Assembly: GCA_020350365.1 (NCBI GenBank)
Contig: CP070712.1
Span: forward strand, 1 to 62,811
DNA length: 62,811 nt
Direction: 5' to 3'
DNA from: Thermoplasmatales archaeon
GTDB taxonomy: Archaea > Thermoplasmatota > E2 > DHVEG-1
Shown here: positions 55,866 to 62,811 of the stretch, piece after piece
Layout of the letters: every line of letters begins with the position of its first letter
How positions within the stretch are numbered: the stretch's first letter is position 1
Position numbers and translations under genes: made by a program
Notes under the pieces: generated by a model
What the model was told of the DNA's origin: nothing
The model's database searches: none
What the model saw: only the letters and a program-made list of their open reading frames with translations

Positions 55866-56444
55866 ATGCCAAGATGTGGGAGGATAAGAAATTTTATTAA
55901 AGAATACAAAGAATCTCCTAGAACTGAAAAGATATCTTTTATCCCACCCTTTCTAATACTTACAATTGAGGCAGTACTAATTATACATGCAATAATTGTA
56001 AATGAAATATATGTAATAATTCTAACAGCAATACTGCTAGTAATCTCCACAATTGAAATAGTAATTGTTTCCTATGAAATACATGAACATTATACAAAAA
56101 TTAATTTTGACAAAAAACTAACAATTAGACTAGATGATTTTATAACAGAAAAAAAAGAAAAAAATGTGAAAAAGATTGTAACAGATTTTATTGATCAATA
56201 CTCTGAATATGAAAAGCACAGAAATGAAATATATCATACAACCTGTCAAATTTTAGAAACACACAAAGAAGAAGAAATTGAAAAAGAAATTACTCTTAAA
56301 ATTATAAAATATATTAGTAAAAGGAAAATTACAACTGTTGATGAAATTGTTTCTTCATTTATTAAAAAATTTCCAAAATACAGAAAATACAGAGGTGAAA
56401 TATATATAATATCTGCACACATCCTAGCAGAAAAATCTAATTAA
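55866..56444 (+). CDS. Membrane protein with two TM helices and a duplicated cytoplasmic module
   Basis: Internal repeat VKKIVTDFIDQYSEYEKHRNEIYHTTCQILE / VDEIVSSFIKKFPKYRKYRGEIYIISAHILAE. Confidence 0.5.
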   Translation: MPRCGRIRNFIKEYKESPRTEKISFIPPFLILTIEAVLIIHAIIVNEIYVIILTAILLVISTIEIVIVSYEIHEHYTKINFDKKLTIRLDDFITEKKEKNVKKIVTDFIDQYSEYEKHRNEIYHTTCQILETHKEEEIEKEITLKIIKYISKRKITTVDEIVSSFIKKFPKYRKYRGEIYIISAHILAEKSN

Positions 56445-56447
56445 AAA

Positions 56448-58325
56448 TTATAAGGATTTACGTTTTCTGAAGGCTTTTAAGAAAATGTCTCTAAGTTCTT
56501 CATCATCCTTTGCATTTATCCATTCTTTTTCAAAATCAGCTTCCTCTGCGATTTGAATAATCCACATCAATGTATGAAGATAAAGGCTCTTCTTATCAGG
56601 TGAAGAAATAATTATAAAAAATGCATGAATAGGATTTATGTCATCAGAAAGAATAATTCCTTTTTTACTTCTTACAATAATTATTTCAAATTTGTCTCTA
56701 CCTTTTATCATATGAGAAACAATTGCAATACCCGGATGAACTACAATATTTGAATCCTTTTCTCTTTTCTTTAAAAGGCTAAAAATCTTTTTTTCACTAA
56801 GATTCAAACGATTAGAAAGTTTTTCAGCAAGAAGCATTGAAAATTTATCAGTTGGTAAATATTTGTAAATATCAATTATATCACAATCTCTAATAAGATC
56901 TTCAAATCGTTCTTCTTCTAATTCATCTCTTTTTATTAGAATTTCTCTTAATTCTTCATCAACAAGATATCCTGTAGATTTTTCACCTGTTACTCTTTCA
57001 ATTATATGTAATAAAGAATATTCACGCCATATTTTATCACGAGCAAATAAAAGATACCAAGAAAATCCAAAAAGAAAGAACCATCCCACAAAGAGCATTG
57101 GAATAATACCCATTTCAAATATAAGAAATAAAAGACCCAATATTCCTAATATCTGAATATATGGATAAAGTGGAGATTTAAACTTAGGATTGTAATTTCT
57201 TATCCTACTTTCTCGCATGATAATAAGGGACAAAATAACAAATAGAAAAAGCAATATCTTTAGTAGTGATGCAGTTTTAACAAGGTTTTCAATATCTAAA
57301 AACAAAATCACAAAAATCATGAATCCAGATGTAAATATAATTGAAAATGTTGGAGTGCCCTGTTTGGATACATGGGCAAATGATTGGGGTAGAAGTTGAT
57401 CCTTTCCCATTGCCATAGGATCGCGTGATGCTGCTAGAAGTCCCGCATTGGCTGTTGTAATAAATGCTAGTATTGCAGCAATTGCCATAACTATTCCACC
57501 AATTCCACCAAGAATTGGTATTGAATCCGCACCGAGTGAGATTGGTGTAAGCGATGTTTCAAGTTGAGAAGGATTAGAAACCCCAATTGTAACAAAAATG
57601 ACAAGCAAGTAAATCAAAGAGATAATTCCCCAGGCAAAAAACATACCTAGAGGAATATTACGACCTGGTCTCTTACATTCTTCTGCAACACTACAAACTT
57701 TAGTCAATCCTCCAAATGAAACAAAAATAAGACCAGCAGTTGAAAATATTGATCCATATCCATATCGTGTAAAATTATCGAAATTAGAAGGTTGAATAAA
57801 GAATAATCCTGCAATAACATAGAAAACAAGAATAGATAAAAGTCCAACAACTAATACTATCTGTGTTTTTCCTGTTCGTCCTACTCCAACAATATTTATT
57901 ATTGTGAATACTATACAAAAGAAAACAGCAATCATCTTCATTTGAATCTCAGAAAAACCAGGATTTAATAAAATTGCAAAAACTCCTATTCCAACTAATG
58001 CAAATGCACTTTTAAATGCTAGAGAGAACCAAGCCGCAAAACCTCCAATGGTTCCCATCATAGGTCCCATACTTCTATCTATAAAAAAATATGTTCCTCC
58101 AGCTTTTGGCATGGCTGTTGCAAGTTCAGCCTTTGAAAGCATTGCAGGAATAACTAAAAGACTTGCAATACCATAGGATATAAGAATAGCAGGGCCTGCT
58201 TTAGCAAAGGCTAACCCAGGTAATACAAATAATCCAGAACTAATCATAGCACCAGATGCAATACAAAAAATTTCAAGGAGCCCAAGCTCTTTTCTTAAAC
58301 TTCTGTTCTCCTCAGAATTACCCAT
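56448..58325 (-). CDS. APC-superfamily amino acid permease fused to a C-terminal PTS-EIIA(type 2)-like domain
   Basis: About 12 TM helices over an N-terminal 440 aa. The C-terminus (HPGIAIVSH, IHAFFIIISS, LYLHTLMWI) resembles the EIIA-2/PtsN fold. Confidence 0.7.
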   Translation of the reverse strand: MGNSEENRSLRKELGLLEIFCIASGAMISSGLFVLPGLAFAKAGPAILISYGIASLLVIPAMLSKAELATAMPKAGGTYFFIDRSMGPMMGTIGGFAAWFSLAFKSAFALVGIGVFAILLNPGFSEIQMKMIAVFFCIVFTIINIVGVGRTGKTQIVLVVGLLSILVFYVIAGLFFIQPSNFDNFTRYGYGSIFSTAGLIFVSFGGLTKVCSVAEECKRPGRNIPLGMFFAWGIISLIYLLVIFVTIGVSNPSQLETSLTPISLGADSIPILGGIGGIVMAIAAILAFITTANAGLLAASRDPMAMGKDQLLPQSFAHVSKQGTPTFSIIFTSGFMIFVILFLDIENLVKTASLLKILLFLFVILSLIIMRESRIRNYNPKFKSPLYPYIQILGILGLLFLIFEMGIIPMLFVGWFFLFGFSWYLLFARDKIWREYSLLHIIERVTGEKSTGYLVDEELREILIKRDELEEERFEDLIRDCDIIDIYKYLPTDKFSMLLAEKLSNRLNLSEKKIFSLLKKREKDSNIVVHPGIAIVSHMIKGRDKFEIIIVRSKKGIILSDDINPIHAFFIIISSPDKKSLYLHTLMWIIQIAEEADFEKEWINAKDDEELRDIFLKAFRKRKSL

Positions 58326-58356
58326 CTATTCATGGGGATGGGATACTACCTATTTT

Positions 58357-59592
58357 TTAATTTCGTTGTTTATCTATTACAATTTTCCCTTTCTTAATTA
58401 CACTTTTTACCAAATTAATCCCGAAATGATAAGGTATAAACATGTGATTAGGGCAATCAAGGATGATAATATCAGCTTGCTTTCCTTTTTCAAGACTACC
58501 AATAATATTTTCTAGTCCAATAGCACATGCTGCGTTGTATGTTGCAGCAGTAATCGCCTCTGCTGGTGTTAATTTCATGTTAAAACAGGCAAGTTGAATT
58601 ATAATTTGCATATTTTCTGTCCAACAGTTGGGATTCAAATCAGTTGCCAATGCTATAGGAATTCCCATATCAATCATTTTTCTTGCTGAAGGATAATTCT
58701 TCATCATCAATGAAAATGGAGTCCCTGGAAGCATAACACCAATTACTCCCTTTTTTACCATTTGTTTTAAACCATTATCATTTGACATAAGAAGATGATC
58801 TGCACTAATTGCACCAACATCTGCAGCAAGAGATGCCCCACCAGTGTCAACAATTTCATCTGCATGAATCTTAGGAATTAATCCTTGAGACTTACCAGCT
58901 TCAAGTATTTTCTTTGATTGATCTACTGTGAAAACTCCCTCTTCACAAAATACATCACAAAAAGTTGATAAATCTTTGATCTTTGGAATCATATCATTGA
59001 TGATTATATCAACATAATCTCTAGTTTCATAATCTTGTGGAACAGCATGTGCACCTAAAAAGGTTGGAACAATATCCATAGGATGAGTTTCATTTAATTT
59101 CTTTTGAACCTTTAATATTTTTAATTCTGTTTCTATATTAAGACCATATCCACTTTTTCCTTCACATGTTGTGGTTCCATATTTAAGCATGTTGTCAAGG
59201 CGAGTTTTACTTTGTTCTAATAAATCTTTTTCTGTTGCTTTCCTTGTTTGATTAACAGTATAAACTATACCTCCACCTTTTTTCAAAATGTCCATGTATG
59301 TAAGACCTTTTAGCTTCATATCAAGTTCAAATTCCCTTGAACCAGCAAATACAAGATGAGTATGTGGATCAATAAAACCAGGCATCACTGTCTTACCCTT
59401 TGCATCTATTACTTTTTCAGAATTATATTTAAGATTTTTACCAATGTCAACGATTTTTCCATCATTAATTGCAATAGAACTATTATTTAGAACCCCTAAA
59501 TTATTCATTTCACTTTTTTTTCTTGGATTATTCTGACCTTTTAAAGTAACTAGCTCATTTGCATTTTTTATTAGGATATCTACTGTTTTCAT
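58357..59592 (-). CDS. hutI: Imidazolonepropionase
   Basis: PGFIDPHTHLVFAGSR, EGKSGYGL, HADE, SADHL, ATDLNP. Confidence 0.9.
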   Translation of the reverse strand: MKTVDILIKNANELVTLKGQNNPRKKSEMNNLGVLNNSSIAINDGKIVDIGKNLKYNSEKVIDAKGKTVMPGFIDPHTHLVFAGSREFELDMKLKGLTYMDILKKGGGIVYTVNQTRKATEKDLLEQSKTRLDNMLKYGTTTCEGKSGYGLNIETELKILKVQKKLNETHPMDIVPTFLGAHAVPQDYETRDYVDIIINDMIPKIKDLSTFCDVFCEEGVFTVDQSKKILEAGKSQGLIPKIHADEIVDTGGASLAADVGAISADHLLMSNDNGLKQMVKKGVIGVMLPGTPFSLMMKNYPSARKMIDMGIPIALATDLNPNCWTENMQIIIQLACFNMKLTPAEAITAATYNAACAIGLENIIGSLEKGKQADIIILDCPNHMFIPYHFGINLVKSVIKKGKIVIDKQRN

Positions 59593-59650
59593 ATTGATAA
59601 TCCCAAACAGTTAAAAGAAAAACTAAGATTAAGGGTTTCGGTGTAAAAAT

Positions 59651-61312
59651 ATGGATAAGATTGTTGAATGTGTCCCAAACTTCAGCGAAGGAAAGGATAA
59701 ATCGATAATTAATGCAATATCAGCAGCTATTGAGTCAGTTGATGGAGTAAAATTGCTTAATGTAGATCCTGGAGAGGATTTCAATAGAACTGTCTATACA
59801 TTTGTTGGTGAACCTAAATCTGTTCTAGAGGGAGCAGTTAAGGCAGCAAAGATAGGTATTGCTCTCATTGATATGACAAAACATAAAGGAGAGCATGCAA
59901 GAATGGGTGCTCTTGATGTATGCCCTTTTATTCCGATTAAAGGTGTCGTGGTCAATGATTGTATTGATATTTCAAAAAAATTTGGTGAACGTTTAGCAAA
60001 TGAAATTGGGATTCCAGTATTTCTTTATGCAAAATCTGCTGTAAAACCGGAGAGAGTAAAACTACCAGATATACGAAAAGGAGAATATGAAGCTCTCGAA
60101 GAGAAATTCAAAGATCCATCATTCAATCCAGATTATGGTAAACCATTATTTATTCCTAAAAGTGGAGCAACTGCTACAGGTTGCAGGGATATCCTTCTTG
60201 CTTATAATATAAATTTGGATACCAATGATAAATCAATTGCATCAAAAATTGCTGGTAAGATTAGAACAAGCGGAGTTATTAAAAAAGATAAAGATGGAAA
60301 TAAAATTTTAGATTCTAATGGAAAAGCAGTAAGAATCCCTGGAAGATTTAAAGGTGTTCAAGCTGGGGGAATGATGTATGATGAAAATATTGCACAGGTT
60401 TCTATGAATCTTCTTAATTATCGTGATGTTAATTTACACGATGTTTTTGAGGCCGTTCAAGAAGAAGCTGAAAAATTAGGCTCAAAAGCAACTGGAAGTG
60501 AAATAGTAGGACTAGTACCAAAGGATTCTCTTATCTTAGCAGGAAAATTTTATTCTAAAAAAGATGGTCTAAATGTTACTGATGAGGAGGAGCTAGTAAG
60601 TATTTCGATTGATAAATTAGGGCTCTCTGAACTTTATCCATTTAAGGTTGAAGAAAAAGTAATTGAGTATATGGTAGAAGAAACAGGTCCTCTTGCATCA
60701 ATGAAAATTAATAATTTTCTTTCAGAACTTGCTTCTTCATCTCCTGCTCCAGGTGGTGGCAGTGTTGCTGCACTTGCTGGAGGTCTTGGAGCAGCATTAT
60801 CATCAATGGTTTGTAATCTTACGATAGGCAAAGAAAAATATTCTGAAGTTCAAAACATTATTAAAGATACTTTAAAGAAAAGTGAAAAAATAAGAAAGGA
60901 TCTAACTCGTTTGATTGATGAAGATACCGAAGCATTTAATGATGTTATGAAAGCATTTAAAATGCCAAAGGAAACAGAAGAACAAAAAGAAAAAAGAAGT
61001 AAGGCAATACAAGAAGGCTATAAAACTGCAGCAAAGGTACCTCTTGAAACAGCAAAAACCTGTGAAAGAATTCTTGATATAGCTCGAATTGTTGCTGAAA
61101 AAGGAAACCAAAACTCAATAACAGACTCAGCAGTATCTGCTCTAATGGCCCAAGTTGGAGTTGAATCAGCAATTTTAAATGTAACTATAAATCTTGGCTC
61201 TATAAAGGATGAAAAATTTGTAAATAGCATATCAATTGAAATTAAAAAACTAAAAAATAATGCTAATAAAAAAGCTAAAGAGATTATAAATATCGTTATT
61301 AGTAAGATTTAA
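59651..61312 (+). CDS. ftcD: Bifunctional glutamate formimidoyltransferase / formimidoyl-THF cyclodeaminase (FTCD)
   Basis: IVECVPNFSEGKD N-terminus (FT domain). C-terminal cyclodeaminase block SSSPAPGGGSVAALAGGLGAALSSMV. 553 aa. Confidence 0.9.
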   Translation: MDKIVECVPNFSEGKDKSIINAISAAIESVDGVKLLNVDPGEDFNRTVYTFVGEPKSVLEGAVKAAKIGIALIDMTKHKGEHARMGALDVCPFIPIKGVVVNDCIDISKKFGERLANEIGIPVFLYAKSAVKPERVKLPDIRKGEYEALEEKFKDPSFNPDYGKPLFIPKSGATATGCRDILLAYNINLDTNDKSIASKIAGKIRTSGVIKKDKDGNKILDSNGKAVRIPGRFKGVQAGGMMYDENIAQVSMNLLNYRDVNLHDVFEAVQEEAEKLGSKATGSEIVGLVPKDSLILAGKFYSKKDGLNVTDEEELVSISIDKLGLSELYPFKVEEKVIEYMVEETGPLASMKINNFLSELASSSPAPGGGSVAALAGGLGAALSSMVCNLTIGKEKYSEVQNIIKDTLKKSEKIRKDLTRLIDEDTEAFNDVMKAFKMPKETEEQKEKRSKAIQEGYKTAAKVPLETAKTCERILDIARIVAEKGNQNSITDSAVSALMAQVGVESAILNVTINLGSIKDEKFVNSISIEIKKLKNNANKKAKEIINIVISKI

Positions 61313-61357
61313 TTTGAAAATATATAAGTACATGTTGTTTGCTCTTGGTTTTAAGTT

Positions 61358-62811
61358 ATGAAATCAGATATTGAAATTGCAAAATCAGCAAAATTAGAAG
61401 ATATCTACTCTATAGCAAATAAAGCAGGAATTAATGAAAATGAAATAATTCCGTGGGGTACTTATAAAGCAAAAATATCACTAAATATTCTAAATAGGAT
61501 CTCAGACAGGAAGGATGGAAAACTAATTCTTGTTACAACCATTAATCCAACTCCAGAAGGAGAGGGAAAGACTACAATTACTATTGGACTTGCTCAAGCA
61601 CTAGCAAAACTTGATAAAAAAACTATTCTTTGTATAAGGGAGCCATCACTTGGTCCAATAATGGGACTTAAGGGTGGTGCAGCAGGTGGAGGTTTTTCTC
61701 AAGTTTTACCAATGGAAGATATTAATCTTCATTTTACTGGCGATATGCATGCAATAACTAGTGCTCATAATTTACTAGCAAGTCTTCTTGATAATCATAT
61801 TCATCATGGGGATGAATTTCATATTGATCCAAGATACATTGTTTGGCCTCGGGTACTGGATATTAGCGATAGGGCTCTTAGAAAAGTTGTGGTTGGTTTA
61901 GGTGGCCCAAAGGATGGAGTACCTCATGAGGAGGAGTTTGCAATTACTCCTGCCTCAGAAATTATGGCAATATTATGTCTATCTAAAGATCTTGAAGATT
62001 TAAAAATGAGACTTGGAAGAATTATTGTTGCATACACTTATGATAATAAACCAATCACAGCAAGTGATCTTAAGGCAGTGGGTGCTATGGCAGTCTTGCT
62101 TAAAGATGCTCTTCAACCTAATCTTGTTCAGACCTTAGAGGGTGTTCCAGCTTTCATTCATGGTGGACCATTTGCAAATATTGCACATGGAACTAATAGT
62201 CTTATTGCTACAAAAATGGCCTTGAAACTTGCAGATTATACTGTTACAGAAGCAGGATTTGGCTCAGAACTGGGTGCTGAAAAGTTTTTCAACATTGTTT
62301 GTAGAATAGGTGAACTACATCCTGATGCAGTTGTTCTTGTTGTAAGTGTGAAAGCATTAAAAAGAAATGGATATGGAGATATTAAAAAAGGTCTTAATAA
62401 TCTTGAGAAACATCTTGAAAATATATCCTTTTATGGTGTACCTGTAATTGTTGCAATAAATCATTTCTTAGATGATACTGACGAAGAAATTGAAATTATT
62501 GAAAACTTTTGCAATATTAAAAATATCCCAGTTGCAGTAGCAGATATTTGGAACCAAGGTGGTGAGGGCGGAATAGAACTTGCAGGAAAACTGGTAAATC
62601 TTATTCATAATACTCAATCAAATTTGCATTATTTATATGACCTAAATAAACCGGTTAAGGAAAAAATAGAAACTATTGCAAAGAAAATGTATGGGGCAGG
62701 ATCAGTTATATATACTGTTGCTGCTGAGCAAGATATTAAACTTTGTGAAAAGCTAGATTTGGATAAACTTCCGATATGCATAGCAAAAACGCAGTATTCT
62801 CTTTCAGATGA
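61358..62811 (+). CDS. fhs: Formate--tetrahydrofolate ligase; the 3' end runs off the window
   Basis: Not in the ORF track (no stop). Manual translation: [16 protein letters not shown]..., [11 protein letters not shown]-loop, and EPSLGP and GGGFSQV blocks read from the sequence. Confidence 0.9.
   Translation, partial: MKSDIEIAKSAKLEDIYSIANKAGINENEIIPWGTYKAKISLNILNRISDRKDGKLILVTTINPTPEGEGKTTITIGLAQALAKLDKKTILCIREPSLGPIMGLKGGAAGGGFSQVLPMEDINLHFTGDMHAITSAHNLLASLLDNHIHHGDEFHIDPRYIVWPRVLDISDRALRKVVVGLGGPKDGVPHEEEFAITPASEIMAILCLSKDLEDLKMRLGRIIVAYTYDNKPITASDLKAVGAMAVLLKDALQPNLVQTLEGVPAFIHGGPFANIAHGTNSLIATKMALKLADYTVTEAGFGSELGAEKFFNIVCRIGELHPDAVVLVVSVKALKRNGYGDIKKGLNNLEKHLENISFYGVPVIVAINHFLDDTDEEIEIIENFCNIKNIPVAVADIWNQGGEGGIELAGKLVNLIHNTQSNLHYLYDLNKPVKEKIETIAKKMYGAGSVIYTVAAEQDIKLCEKLDLDKLPICIAKTQYSLSD

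Overview
The window is 62.8 kb, visibly AT-rich and gene-dense, with about 70 CDS. I found no rRNA, tRNA, CRISPR array or transposase. Several markers point to an archaeon: archaeal/eukaryal-type GlyRS, ABCE1, an Ogg2-type glycosylase, an eRF1-fold paralog and a thiolase+DUF35 pair. The AT-richness, the amino-acid and acyl-CoA fermentation genes and several eukaryote-like enzyme architectures suggest an Asgard (Loki-type) lineage, but that is inference only. SD-like GGAGG/GGTGA motifs precede many starts.

Modules, in order:
1. 1-8.4 kb: anaerobic benzoyl-CoA/alicyclic acyl-CoA lower pathway (BamA/Oah, Had-like Zn-ADH, Dch-like crotonase, SDR+thiolase+DUF35, and a partial BcrB/C-family subunit at the left edge).
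2. 11.1-20.2 kb: beta-oxidation block with two acyl-CoA dehydrogenases and an EtfAB whose alpha subunit carries a 2x[4Fe-4S] domain.
3. 20.3-22.6 kb: metal homeostasis (ArsR, permease, ZIP) with a palindromic operator.
4. 25.5-39.9 kb: a roughly 14-kb oxygen/ROS/RNS-defence and Fe-S repair island, almost entirely on one strand, with a PerR-like Fur regulator and a Fur-box palindrome at its upstream end.
5. 40-43.5 kb: housekeeping genes.
6. 43.5-51.4 kb: lysine catabolism (LAT plus adjacent LKR and SDH genes colinear with eukaryotic AASS), interrupted by secreted PKD-domain proteins.
7. 51.4-55.8 kb: an eRF1-fold paralog (GGWSQ loop, Zn ribbon), a Cas4-like nuclease with an inserted TM hairpin, and ABCE1.
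8. 56.4-62.8 kb: an APC permease fused to an EIIA-like domain, then HutI, a fused FTCD and Fhs.

Other signals:
- Two secreted proteins share a C-terminal motif.
- Two colinear GC/purine-rich intergenic elements look homologous.
- Two sub-60-aa ORFs were missed by the ORF track.
- Three genes are each broken by an apparent 1-nt deletion in a homopolymer.
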